DNA from: Glycera tridactyla
Taxonomy: Eukaryota
Reading direction: 5' to 3'
DNA length: 64,000 nt
Assembly (NCBI GenBank): GCA_965644265.1
Contig: OZ286476.1
Coordinates: 22,444,001-22,508,000, forward strand
The notes under the pieces were generated by a model. The model had not been told where the DNA came from and ran no database searches. It was given only the letters and a program-made list of their open reading frames with translations. A program made the translations under genes and the position numbers. Shown in pieces: positions 11,216 to 23,358 of the stretch (the first letter of the stretch is position 1; each line of letters begins with the position of its first letter).

Positions 11216-13811
11216 CGAGCTCATGCTAAGTCTGAGTGACCACTGTCTGGTCTATGTGTGTAGAAAACGTGTCAAAATGAAACCTCCTAAAGTAGCTATG
11301 AGTTATCGTAATTTCAGAAATTTCACAACAGATGCATTTATTAAAGATCTACAGGAACGCGATGTTCTGGCCCTCTTCGAAATACAAGATGTTGACCTCA
11401 TGGCGGAGACATTAACAAGTTGGATAAGCGATACAATCAATAAACATGCGCCAATGAAATCTCGAATGTTCAGACATACAAATCTGCCGTGGATCAATTC
11501 TGACTATCGAGGACTCATCGATCTTTGTGAATATCGGGCCTTTGTTTTCAACAAGGATCCATCTTTGGTAAATCTTGAACTAAAACGTGAAGCATATCGG
11601 CAACGCCTGAACTTGAAAAAGACATTAATACGTTCTCATGTCGATAAAGTAGTGGAAGATAATTCTGACGATCCGAAGCGAATGTGGGCGGAGATAAAAA
11701 AACTGTGGCCCCTCACTACAGAAACCTCGCCAACCCCATCTTTCCCGAATGATGTTAGCACCCCAAAAGCCAAAGCAAATGTGCTGAATGATTTCTTTGT
11801 GGCCATCGGAAAGACATTGGCGTCTGGCATTGAGTCGTCTACTTCCGATGATGTACACCACGGTATTTACCATCCGCCCGTTTTAGAATTCCATCAAGTT
11901 CAATCACAAGATGTAAAAGCAATAATCAAAGACCTGAGCATTTCTGAATCTTCAAGTTTAGATGGTATATCTAGTCAGTTTGTAAAACTATTTCCTGAAA
12001 ATATCATATGTGCACTAACAACTGTGTGTAACCTATCCTTGCGCCAGTCAAGATTCCCAGAATCATGGAAAGGTGTAATAACGGTTCTTCATAAAGGTGG
12101 TAATGACCTATCTATGAACAATTTTCGTCCAATATCACTCATTCCAACATTAAGCAAAGTGCTGGAGAGGATAGCCCACACACAATTGTCCAAGTATTTT
12201 GACGAGTATTGTTTACTGTCGGATTCACAATTTGGATTCAGGGAGGGATGCTCCACTGGGACGTGTCTTTCATATTTCATAGACAAAGTTTATTGCAATG
12301 CCGATGTAGGCTGTCCCAGTGGAGTGCTCTTCCTGGATCTAAAAAAAGCATTCGACACTGTGAATCATGATGTATTACTATTGAGGCTACGAGAGTTAGG
12401 CCTGCGAAACAGCTGAGTTACATGGTTCAGGTCCTACTTGTCTGACAGGCAGCAATGTACAAAATTTGAGAATGTTATGTGGGGTCCCGCAGGGATCAAT
12501 TTCAGGTCCGCTGCTCTTCGTTGCATATGTGAACGAGCTTCCAAACGTCACTACTCATAGTTCGGCCTTCCTCTATGCAGATGACACTGCTCTCATAGTT
12601 TCTGGTAAAGATGAACCAACCATAATTGGCAAACTGGAACTGGACCTCATGAGGATCTCAGCTTGGTTTAAACGAATGAAATTATCGCTTAACATATCCA
12701 AATCTGTCCCGATGTTCTTTGGAACTCGTCCCCAGCTACGCCACATCGCACTAAGTCGATTAAAATTTAATGGGGCAGACATCAAACGGGTTGAAAGTTT
12801 TAAATACTCGGGAATAACGTTGGATGAACATCTAACTTTTGATGACCAAGTCAGTAAGCTTATCAGGAAGGTTGACACGCGAAGAATGGCACTGAAACAT
12901 ATTAGACCCTATATCAGTCAAAATAGATCCCTTTTCTTGTATCATTCCTTGATCCAATCAGTCCTGTGTTATAACGACCACATATAAGATGCATGCAACC
13001 GCACCAACAGTTATAAATTACAAGTTTGCCAAAATAGGTGCTTAAGGACTGTCCTGAGTGTTGCCCTGTCACATTCCGCAACTGCATGCCATGCTATTCT
13101 GAAGGTTCCCTATTTAGATACTCTCCGTACAAGGAAACTCAATGCTGAAATCTTTAAGCTGATCATGAACCCGAAATTGTCCTGGTGTTCCAGTTCGTTG
13201 AGACAACGTAGCATGATCACAAGCAGGTTGACGCGGCAGAGTATAGCTAACGACTTGGAAGTTAATCGTACGAGGACAGTCTTTGCTGATGGCAATGTGT
13301 TTGTTAGGGGTGCAAAAGCCTGGAATCTTCTCCCACGAAAGATTAGAGAATCAACTGACATCATCTGTTTTTTACAAGCACTAAAGCGCTTTCTATCAAT
13401 ATAGGTGTTGTTTTATGTATGGCGCTGCTTAATGACTGATATGTAGCAATCAACTAGCATCGCAATTGTGAATATTGTGATGAACAAGTCATATCTGATT
13501 GCTAGCTTGATGGGTATATGTATGCTTTTTGGATGCAAATAATAATGTCCAGCTACGAGGCTCGATTTGAAGGTGTTGTGATATACGCGCAACGTTGTAA
13601 TATTACCATGATAATTTGTGAATAGGCATAACCGGTGGGTCATATGGGGTCTCCCGCCTCATTTTGAGAAACTCCACATGTATGCTACTGCGTGCATCCT
13701 GATTTTATTTGTGTTTCCATTTGTGTAGTGATTTACAATATTGTCCACGAAAGCATGTATTATGTACTTGTACTATGACTTTTGTGAATAAAGCATTATA
13801 CAAACAAACAA
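11216..13811 (+). mobile_element. 5'-truncated, defective CR1-group (L2/Crack/Daphne-like) LINE
   Basis: Starts at the end of the APE domain (LSDHCLVY). RT motifs NFRPISLIP, QFGFR, LDLKKAFDTVNH, GVPQGS, YADDT. In-frame stops at 12414-12416 and 12985-12987 and a deletion/frameshift near 12470. 3' AATAAA plus (CAAA)n tail. Confidence 0.95.
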
Positions 13812-14169
13812 GTGGCTTAACAGTACCAAATTATCCCGCTCTATTCACACACTGATATGGCTTTCACCACGGCCAAACAAACGCACTGAACAAAGCATCA
13901 CCCAGAAAATCTCTACATCAAGAGATGGCGATATGTTATTCATTGGACAATTTCAAATAAGGCTGATGCTATTGTCCTCGTGATTATGATGGCAATATGC
14001 CAAACGATGAATTGTATGTTCTCTTTTGTGATCTGGAGTCTCTCCCCAACTACATTCCTTGGTGAAATTACCCCAGGCTACGTTGGGGTTGATTTATCAT
14101 ATACAACATAATGTTATTCACTCTTGATGGATGGAATACAGGCTTCACGATTCTCCGGCCCAGAACTAG

Positions 14170-14192
14170 TATATATATATATATATATATAT
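14170..14192. repeat. (TA)n tract at the Penelope-like element insertion site
   Basis: TA run abutting the element end. A second AT run lies at 22795-22802. Confidence 0.9.
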
Positions 14193-14427
14193 TTAAGGAC
14201 GTGGCAAGGACACGTCCTTCACTTAGCATTGGTAAGACTCCGAATGAAGCTGTTCACGCCTGACGTCATCAAAACGGCGATGCGTCACTAGGTAGCAACC
14301 AAGATGTCATGGTGACTTCTGGTGTCTCCCTGTTTATGCATCAACATATGATGTCACAATGATGTCATGGATCCCCATCGTCCATTCTCTTCATTGTTCT
14401 CAGTCTCAAGGGTTGTTTTGAGGCTGA

Positions 14428-14469
14428 GGTATTCCCGAGTTTTGGCCTCTTTGGGCCTCATCAGTTACC
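14428..14469 (-). ncRNA. Degenerate type I hammerhead ribozyme motif in the PLE terminal region
   Basis: Minus strand reads GGTAA-CTGATGA-GGCC caaaga GGCC-AAAA-CTCGGG-AA-TACC. G12 and U16.1 deviate from consensus. Confidence 0.5.
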
Positions 14470-14897
14470 ACTGATGGAAAAATTAATCCCTCATACTGTT
14501 CAGGATTGAATTTTAGTTTATTTTAATTCATTGTATTTCATTTTTTCATATATCACTGAGATTGAATGAATTTGTCCAAATTCTGTCAGTCAATGCAGAT
14601 TTTGGTATTCTGATACTCAACAATACTTTTGTTGTATGTCAGAAATGTTAAATGTACTACGAGATCTCATTTTGTGTTTTGAGTGCTCTATATTACATTT
14701 AGCTGTTCTGCTTATTTAAAACCAGAGCTCAAATTTAATATCCTTTTTTGAAACAGATACAAATTTGGATGGATGCGTCTCGCATGATGGGGGTTCCTGA
14801 ATCGCTTTATTTCAATGCGATGCGGGAAAATATCCGATGGAATGGAGCAGGTCATCTCCTTGCTATTGTCTCTATTGGTAAGGATTATGTGACGTGG

Positions 14898-15476
14898 CTA
14901 GAGAGAGCAGTAGCTTGGAGTGTCTTGATCCTGTTGTCCAGTGGATGTGGGGATGGGAGCCCCTGATTTGCTTTTTTTCGGCTTAGTGATCTTTCCTCTT
15001 TCTTGATAAGATCTCCATCGTCTGAGATTGCATTCTAATGGGGATCTATCTTTTGTGTTCAATCCATGTGGGAGCATGGTTCTCAGTCTGTGGATCCAAT
15101 TGAATTCGATCTTCAGTCTGAGGGTGATACCATGGTCACTTTTCGGATGAACATAGATGAAGTCCAGGATATGAATCTCCATGTTCTTCAGACCACCGTA
15201 GCTAGCTGAAAGATAATGTCTGCTTACATCTTCCTTCAGGTTGCCTCTGCCTATTACCCCGGAATGGGCACCAAAACGTCCATGTAGGCTATTGCCTGTC
15301 TGTCCCACATATTGTTTGTTGCAGACTTTGCATGTGATGCAGTAGATGATGTTTCTGCTTTGACATGTGATGTTGCGCTTAGCCTCATATTCCCTGGAAG
15401 TTAAAGTGCTTTTCACTCTCCCTGATTTATTGAGGAGGGGGCAGAACTTGCACTTCATGTTGCAGCATCTATTTTT
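14898..15476 (-). pseudogene. GIY-YIG endonuclease domain of the Penelope-like element
   Basis: NIIYCITCKVCNKQYVGQTGNSLHGRF. In frame with the upstream thumb region apart from one TAA at 15477-15479. Confidence 0.9.
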
Positions 15477-16030
15477 TTATTTGCTGCAGAGTCTGAACGT
15501 GGTGCTCTGTATGACCTGTGGGATTTTTGCTCTTACTTGCATGTCACTCAGGTTTGAGGGTCTCCTGTATCCCACAATGATTCTATATTCACTCAAAATC
15601 TTTGTGGACGCAGAGCACGTCAAGAGTTTCCAGCTCTTTGTGACTATGTCCTTCAAGTCATTATTGCCTGGTTGGTAGGTGGTGATCAAGAAAAGGTTTT
15701 CCTCTGTGATGGCTCCTTCTGGATCCGTACCATATAGTTTTGCCTTCTGCTTTTTCAGTAGGTCCTTCCTGTCTTCTTTTGATGCAGTTATGAATGCTTC
15801 CTGGACAAGAGCTAGAGGGTATTCTCTCCTTAGAAAATGGCAGATTAAGATCATGCTGTGTTTTACGAAGTCTGATCTATGGCTGCAGATTCTATTGACC
15901 CTAAGTAGCTGGCTGTAGGGTAAGCTCTTCTTACAGTGGAACGGGTGGGGTGAATCATAATGTAGGTAGGTATGACTGTCGGTAGGCTTGCAGTATAGAT
16001 CACTCCAAAGTCTACTGGTGTCATCTACAT

Positions 16031-19000
16031 TTTTTTTGATTTGAATAGCTTTATTCAAGAAGCATTGAAACAATCATGTTAAATGCTCAAAGGTCAGCAA
16101 TATCGAACACAACATATATACAGAAAATAACCAATGTACACGGTGAGAAAGAGTATGAGATGGTGACATAGAGGCGGTGACGATGGAGAATATTGCACTA
16201 ATATTGGGAAATAGAGAGAATGGTCATGAGAGAATTTGGTATGACGAGAGTATGTGATGGAGAAGAAATTGGTTAATGTATATTGCAGAACAGAGATCAC
16301 TTGCAGTTGACTAATGCTAAACCCACATCACGTACGCGATGGCCCATGTGTGGGAAGGATAGAGGGACCGTTTGATATGTCGCAATCTCACACAAATAAT
16401 TATCATCCATCCAAGAGCATGTACCCGTATGCGTGCGGGTGTCAATTTCTAGAAGTACGTGAGCATAGTCATTATAGTATACGTGCATAGTTTATGACAT
16501 TCTGCCATAGGCATGAATACAAATATAAGTACCAACATTGAAAAAATAAATGAATAAATAATCCATTAGATAGACAGGTACAACAGATGTTTATAATCGA
16601 TATATCTGTTTCATCTGTTTTTTAAAAGAAGACACACTATCAGAATTGCGTATTTCTTCAGAGATACTGTTCCATAATCTAATTCCATGGGGGATTGTCC
16701 TTTTCGAGGCAAATTCAGTGTTGTGTCTTCGCAGATCCAGATCACTCCTTACTGACTGCCGGGTCACTCCACTCGACGTCACAGCCCGCTTTGTGACTGT
16801 GTTGTGAAGTTGGACATTGCCCTGCTTGTGAACAATTTTGTACATTTCAGTCAGAAGTTGCCGATCAGCCAGAGAATGGAGATAAGGGACTTTGAGTGCT
16901 ATATGACAATCAGTGGCAGAGAAGGACATTCGGGACAGTCCCCTGATGACGCGTAAACAACTGTTCTGACAGACCTGAAGACGAGACTGGGACTTCTTAC
17001 TCATGCCGCAAAGGATATAATTATTATAACAAAACAGTGATTGTATCAGAGAATGGTATATGAACAATGATCTTTCCTCTGAAATGAAAGGTCTGATATG
17101 CTGTAGAGCAGAACGGCGGGTACGAACTTTTTTGAGCAAGTAATTGCAATGAGCTTCAAAGGACAGGTTTTCATCTAAAACCATTCCCAAATATTTGTAC
17201 TCAGACACCCGCTTGATATCCATTCCCCTGAGTGATAATGAGGCAAGGTTGATACGCTGAGTTTGTGGTTGAGTGCCAAAGAACATGATGGCCGATTTGG
17301 ACACGTTCAGGGACAGTTTCATGTATCCGAACCATTGGTGAATTACTAATAGGTCGTCCTCCAACTTAGTAATTATCTCGTCACAGGTGCGACCACTTGC
17401 GCAAATTGCAGTGTCATCCGCGTACAGAAAACTAGACGTATGGTTCAAAATACCAGGTAAGCGGTTGACATATAGCACAAAGAGCAATGGGCCCAGAATG
17501 GAACCTTGTGGGACACCTAGTGTGATTTCCTTGCTGCTAGAGATAGCCCCTTCAAATTTCACCTGTTGAGTCCGACCACCCAGATAAGATTCAAACCAGC
17601 GCATGGCGGAGTTGCGAAAACCTTCTTCTTTCAGGCGCTCGATAAGCCGTCTATGGTCAACCGTATCGAATGCCTTCTTCAGATCCAGGAAAAGAACCCC
17701 AGTGGGACGCCCCTGGTCCGCATTACTAAAAATCTTGTCCAAAAAGCCAACCAGACACGTCCCAGTGGAGCATCCCTCCCTGAATCCAAATTGGGCACTC
17801 GATAAAATTTTGTGTTGCTTCAAATAAGAAGAGACCTGAGTATGCACCAGTCTTCCCATGAGCTTGCTGACACATGGAATAATCGAGATTGGTCGGAAAT
17901 TATTGATCTGAGTATCCAACCCACCTTTGTGGAGCACAGTTACAATACTAGATTTCCATTTTGAAGGAAAGACAGACATGCGAATAGATCTATTGCATAC
18001 ATGAGTGATGGCTTTGATTATATGTATCGGGAACATTTTTAATATTTGACTGGAGATCCCATCTTCGGCGGCCGAAGGAGAGTTATTTGCAGCTTTTATG
18101 GCTTCTACGACGTTCTTCTCAGAGACACACTTTAGTTCAAAAACTGGTGGTAAGCACCTCGAGATACCAGGCGGGGCTGTTGTAGGAGGTATTTTACTTG
18201 CCAGAGAGTTCCCGATATCAGCCAAAAATTTGTTAATGGCATTTGATCGATCTTTGGGAGTGCGGGCAGCGAGCGTTGGCATTTTGTTTTCTGATTTGTA
18301 TAGTGGCCAGATTCTCTTTATGCCCTTCCACCATCGTTTAGGGTCGTCCGCATGTAACTCAACGGTTTCGTCAACAAAACCTTTAATTAGTTGTGTTTTT
18401 AAGTCGTTTTTCAGGTGGTAGGCTTCCCTCTTCAGGGCTTCGTTCATATGAGTCGGATATTTCTTGAAGAGATAACATCGGTGCTCACATAGATCTATAT
18501 AGCTCCTATAAGCCCCGTTTACCCAAGGGAGATCGCGATCAGAGAAGAATCGTTCTTTGACAGGTAGGTGAGTATCAATACACTTGGCCAATTGGACATC
18601 TAATTCTTTTGCTGCATCCTTGGTCAAGTTTGATAAATAAACGCCACTTAGGTCAAGGTTGTTCAGGTCGTGTATGAATAGGTTTTTGTTGAATTTTCGA
18701 AAACTCCTGAATTTCCTTTTGATTTTGGGTCTACTGATTTTGCGACGTTTTCTCGCGACAAATACCAGGCTATGGTCACTAAGGCCAGGATCGAGTGAAC
18801 CACATTGATTAAAATATGCAGTGTTTGATACGGCAATGTGATCAATGATAGTTGCTGATGAAGTAGTGATACGAGTTGGGGATTTCACTATTTGTGTCAG
18901 CGATCTCGCTTTCAGACAGTTTGCATATTCCCGAATCCTGGGGCTGCGATAGTTACCATAGTCTAGATTTATGTCACCCAAAATTATCAGTTCATGGTCT

Positions 19001-20391
19001 GGATGCATGTCATTGAATTTCTCAAAACTATAGTTCAGATAATTGATGAAATCAGAACATGAACCATCAGGAGGACGGTAGAAGCAGCCAATGATTAGTG
19101 GTCGACACTTATTTAACTTTAACACTACCCACATGGCTTCAACAAATGGTGAGCAAGTTGACATGTCAGGGATTATATCAATTCTGAGATGATTTGCATG
19201 ATAAACAAGTAGACCACCCCCACAAGATTTCCCACTCGCCGCTGTACGATCATGTCTAAGGAAAGAATAACCAGGTATGGATAGCTCTTCATCAGCAATT
19301 GAATCATTGAGGAAGGTTTCTGACAACAACATAAAATCTAATTTGCTGTGATATAGGAGATGGTGAATGTCGTCAAGCTTGCAAGTAATGCTCTGGATGT
19401 TAAGGCTGGCAAAGCTTATTCCAGGTAAGTTAGACAATGCCGCCGATGAGTATTCAATATTGGTCATTGGGGATGCACTAGGGAATAGATGGGTATCTCG
19501 GCGCCTATTTGTATGCATGATAGGTCAGGGAAGAGTTGATAGAAAATGACAGATAGGTGTATGATGTAGAATACAGTTCAAAAACAGGACAGGTGATTAA
19601 TGCAGGATAATAGACAAATGGATTAGATGTACTAATAGGTAAGCTAGATTATAATAATGGCGGACGGATGTACCCCTTGGAAAAGATGTTTAACTGGCTC
19701 TTATTCATATACTGCTGCCTTCTGGATATTGTTGCATAGCATGCAACATATGCATACTTATACATATATGCACATACATTCATACATATATGTCGAGTGC
19801 ACATACACGTTGCAGTGTAATTGTACTATTTTATGATATACTATACATCGCAGATAATATTGCAACACGTAACAATGATCCACGATTTAAATAGAGAGAC
19901 TCTAGGGCCTGTTTGATGGCCACGACTAAGTGCAAGTGAGAGAGGAGCAGTGGTTGGATGTGGCCAACAGTTCTAAATTTTCTATGCACTTGTGATGACA
20001 TTGTTTGATGGCTATAGTTGACAGCTTGACGGTAGGGCCTTCTTGTGTGACTGTTGACAGTCCGTCTTCATTCTAGGTTGGATCCGAGTTGTGGGGCAGG
20101 AGATGTCGCAGCAGGATGTCACCAGCAGTTTCACCCCGGCGGCATTCACTTCCTAATTTTTGGTCGGGGTTGGGACAACGTAGGCAAGGAGTCCATCACG
20201 TGAAGTCAGCCCTCCGGACCAAGACCATGGTTTGAAATGTAGACGTTGCAGCAGGATGTCACCAGCAGTTTCATCCCGGCGGCACTCACTTCCTAGTTTT
20301 TGGTCGGGGTTGGGACGACGTAGGCAAGGAGTCCGTCACATGAAGTCAACCCTCCAGACTGAGACCTTGGTTTGAAATGTAGACGTCGCAG
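16031..20391 (-). mobile_element. CR1-group LINE with intact ORF2, nested in the PLE RT
   Basis: Flanked by CAT (16028-16030, 20392-20394). Removing the insert restores PLE frame FLDTTLH-VDDTSRLWSDLY. The 3' end has AATAAA and a short A-tail. Confidence 0.93.
16591..19518 (-). CDS. LINE ORF2: AP endonuclease + reverse transcriptase (975 aa)
   Basis: APE motifs SLNIQS, LSETFL, CFYRPP, LGDINLD, IIDHIAV, GLSDH. RT motifs NFRPISII, QFGFR, DLKKAFDTVDH, GVPQGSILGP, YADDT, YKYLG. No internal stop. Confidence 0.97.
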   Translation of the reverse strand: MHTNRRRDTHLFPSASPMTNIEYSSAALSNLPGISFASLNIQSITCKLDDIHHLLYHSKLDFMLLSETFLNDSIADEELSIPGYSFLRHDRTAASGKSCGGGLLVYHANHLRIDIIPDMSTCSPFVEAMWVVLKLNKCRPLIIGCFYRPPDGSCSDFINYLNYSFEKFNDMHPDHELIILGDINLDYGNYRSPRIREYANCLKARSLTQIVKSPTRITTSSATIIDHIAVSNTAYFNQCGSLDPGLSDHSLVFVARKRRKISRPKIKRKFRSFRKFNKNLFIHDLNNLDLSGVYLSNLTKDAAKELDVQLAKCIDTHLPVKERFFSDRDLPWVNGAYRSYIDLCEHRCYLFKKYPTHMNEALKREAYHLKNDLKTQLIKGFVDETVELHADDPKRWWKGIKRIWPLYKSENKMPTLAARTPKDRSNAINKFLADIGNSLASKIPPTTAPPGISRCLPPVFELKCVSEKNVVEAIKAANNSPSAAEDGISSQILKMFPIHIIKAITHVCNRSIRMSVFPSKWKSSIVTVLHKGGLDTQINNFRPISIIPCVSKLMGRLVHTQVSSYLKQHKILSSAQFGFREGCSTGTCLVGFLDKIFSNADQGRPTGVLFLDLKKAFDTVDHRRLIERLKEEGFRNSAMRWFESYLGGRTQQVKFEGAISSSKEITLGVPQGSILGPLLFVLYVNRLPGILNHTSSFLYADDTAICASGRTCDEIITKLEDDLLVIHQWFGYMKLSLNVSKSAIMFFGTQPQTQRINLASLSLRGMDIKRVSEYKYLGMVLDENLSFEAHCNYLLKKVRTRRSALQHIRPFISEERSLFIYHSLIQSLFCYNNYILCGMSKKSQSRLQVCQNSCLRVIRGLSRMSFSATDCHIALKVPYLHSLADRQLLTEMYKIVHKQGNVQLHNTVTKRAVTSSGVTRQSVRSDLDLRRHNTEFASKRTIPHGIRLWNSISEEIRNSDSVSSFKKQMKQIYRL

Positions 20392-20393
20392 CA
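20101..20393 (-). repeat. 140-bp tandem repeat (2 copies plus a 13-nt partial) at the LINE 5' end
   Basis: Units start at 20101, 20241 and 20381 (AGAYGTYGCAGCA...). The length is not a multiple of 3. Confidence 0.9.
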
Positions 20394-20394
20394 T

Positions 20395-22794
20395 GGAGTG
20401 TGGTGTCCAGGAAATTCACTTTGGAGTCTGAATATTCCAATGTGAACTTGATGGAGTTGTGGCAGTTGTTTAGATGCTCCACAAATTTCCTCAACTCCTC
20501 AGGTCCATGAGTCCATACCATTATGATGTCATCAAGGAACCTTTTGTAGAAGATAGGTTGTTTCTCATAGATGCACACAAAACGCTCTTCCAAGTCTGCC
20601 ATGAATATATTGGCCAGGCTGGGAACCACTCTCATGCCCATTGCTGTGCCTCCAACTTGCAAAAAGTTTTCTCCATTGAACTGAGAATTGTTGCAGTTCA
20701 GAGTCAGGTCCAATAGTTTGCATAGAGACTCATTAGTTGGTAGAGAGTTGCTGCTTCGGTGTTTGTCCAGGAAACACCTAACACCGGCTATCCCTTCATC
20801 AGTCGGGATGTTAGTGTAGAGGCTTGTGACATCCCAGCTCTTCTTTTTCAATCAGAAAATGGCTGGTGTCCTTCAAATATGACCTAATTTTTGTCATGTT
20901 TGTTTTGAGGAAAAAATCTACAAATTCTGAGATTTTTTCCTTAGGACATTTGTTCGCTGAGGCAATGGGCCTCCTGGGCGGGTCTATTTTCCTCTTGTGT
21001 ATTTTGGGGAGTAGATAGAACTGTGCTGTTCTTGGTTTGTCGATAATCAAGAACTTGCCAGTTTGTCAACTGAGTTCACCCTTAGATAGAAGTGTTCAAT
21101 TAGATCCCTGACTCTTTTATTGTGATACTCTGTGAGATTTGTGTCAGTTTTCAGGTAGAATTTACTGTCTGAAAGCTGTCTGTATCCCTCTGCAAGGTAT
21201 TTTGTCCTGTCTTGTATCACGATGTTAGAACATTTGTCTGCTTTCTTGATGATTATATCAGAGTTGGTTTTCAAAGATTTCATGCCATCCTTTTCTTCCC
21301 TTGTCAGATTTTGAGATCTCAGGGCACGTGCTGTCACTTTGGATAGTTCTGGTTCATTTACCGAGATCATGCAATCTATCATCACTGGTGTGTTTTCAGG
21401 TTGCCAAATTGACTGTGGGGCAAATTGTGGGTGGTGGAAAGGCCTTAGGTTTGTCTGTGGTAGTGTATTGGTTTGCGTGTGAATGGTTGGTGTTGCCGGC
21501 GTTCGGGTCGGATGGACTCGCAACCTTTCACTCCAAGCCTCATTCTTGTCTGTACTTTTCCCAAAATGAGACTTTAGTTTCATGTTCCGGTGAAAAGTGT
21601 CCAGATCACGTCTCATTTCCCCAGTGCATGGCTCACCTGGTGAAGGGCAAAAGGTTAAACCATGTTCCAGAAGCGAGACCTGATGCTCAGTCAAGTTGAA
21701 GCTCAACAAATTGACTACTGCATTTGAATGTGCATTCAATGACTGTATCACATTCTTTAACATCACTTTGAACAAACCCTGGAAAGATAATAAATACAAT
21801 TCTTATGATGAATGTGGGTTATATATTTCATCATCCACATCACTGCGGTTGTTGTTGTTGTGACTACAATTCGAAAACGAAGAGTGCTTTATGAAATCGA
21901 AAGAGTCATTGTGTTTCTGTGGGTGGTCCTTCAGCAGATAACTAACTGTAACATTCAAACAATTCACTGGGGACCTCAGATATATTTGAGCTTTGATGCT
22001 AAGCGTGTTGAGCAGAGACTCCAAAGACATGTCTACTTCTGATTTATGGAGAAGTTCTTCAAGGCAATCAAGACCGCTTCCTAGAGGCATGAGGCCATCT
22101 GATTTGCCTGCTTGCCTTCGCTTCCCTCCTTTTTAGATGTTGTCTTTTTTGCCTTCTTCCTCTTTTTCTCCTTGGGGGGTTCCAGTTGTTCTGGCTGCTG
22201 CGGTTCTGCTGACGCTGCTGCCAGTGTGACAGATCTCAGCTTGTACTTTTGGATGACAACAGAGATCTCCTTTGGAAGACCCTCCGAAGTGGGATTCTTT
22301 CTGGTATTATCCTTTTTGTTGTTTTCATTCGTAGAGGGGCCAGCCTGATTTGGGGAAGTGTCAGTGTCCATCTCGACATTGGCTCCACCCTCAGTTCCTC
22401 CCACGGCTCCTGGTTCAGTCAGTTTTTTGTTTTTGACCTTTCCTCTTGTTCCTTTCCCTCTTGTTCCATTTCTCTGGGATGCATGTTGGTTCGCCTGTGC
22501 TGTCAGGTAAGGCTTCGCCCTTCTTGGTCGATGCCTTCCTTGCTGCCATGCATTCACTTCTGCGTTCTCTCTGTTTACAGCGTTGTCTAAGGGTGGTCGC
22601 CCTGTTCCTGCGGTGTTTCTTTTCCAGTGCAAGTTTCGCCCTCTCCTCTTCACTCAGGGTGTTATGGAACACCAAGGGTCTCATGTCATCATACTCGAGA
22701 GGCTTCCTCTCCCTGATGAATATACCTGTTTGATTGATGGACTGGTTGAGCGGTGTCTGTTTTCCTGGCGTTGAAGGGCTTTTTTCCGGCTTGC
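20395..22794 (-). pseudogene. PLE N-terminal region and RT (fragmented)
   Basis: ORF-track fragments 22415-22825, 22081-22653, 21803-22090, 21047-21799, 20811-21050 and 20336-20851 join into a basic N-terminal region plus RT motifs. Confidence 0.88.
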
Positions 22795-23358
22795 ATATAT
22801 ATGATACCTCCCGAATCTTTGCCATTGCTTGTCACGACATTCCTCATTTTCTGATCAGAGGAAAAGGGGTCCATCAACTTGAGAAGCTGATACAAAACAC
22901 GAATGAATATTGCGAACTTTCTCCGAATAATCTTCTCATTCGATTTCCCTAAGGGGTTGTAGACAAGTTTGAAATGTCAGGTCTAATTAAAACTATGCAA
23001 TTGCTTATCTTAGCATTTCTCATTTTCTGTGCACAAGGGTAGAACTATCCCTCATATTTCTACACCGGAGGATGCCTTGACAGCCGCTACCAGTGTCTTT
23101 ATGACCTTTACTGCTATCATCAATTAACACTCTTCAAAATGTGCCACAGAGCTTCATTATCCTGGAACAAAGAGATACCTAGAGCAGTTGAGCTGTCCGC
23201 TGGGGAACATGATACACAACTTGAAAGAATATTGCAGACTTCTTTCAATTAATACTCACATTTGATTTCCCGAATGGGTTGTAGACAAGTTTGAATTGTC
23301 AAGTCTGATTGAATCAAATATCTCGTTGTATCACCAGGCCAGTCCTTTCAAAAAGAGG

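Larger units (their letters stand above)
14193..22794 (-). mobile_element. Penelope-like element (RT + GIY-YIG, Neptune-like Cys linker), defective, split by a nested LINE
   Basis: Minus-strand pieces LLSFNLTEHQVSLLEHGLTFCP, FYLLPKIHK..RPI, WDVTSLYTNIP, GTAMG, RFLDDI, LYCKPTDSHTYL, RCCNMKCKFCP and IIYCITCKVCNKQYVGQT...WIHRLRT..PHGLN. Several frameshifts and stops. The empty site is the (TA)n at ~32857-32867. Confidence 0.93.

Noticed and set aside
20101-20393. HDV-like ribozyme in the 140-bp LINE repeats (TTCACGT loop-like word)
   Set aside because: P3 and P1 pairings could not be built, and the word is not conserved in the other unit.
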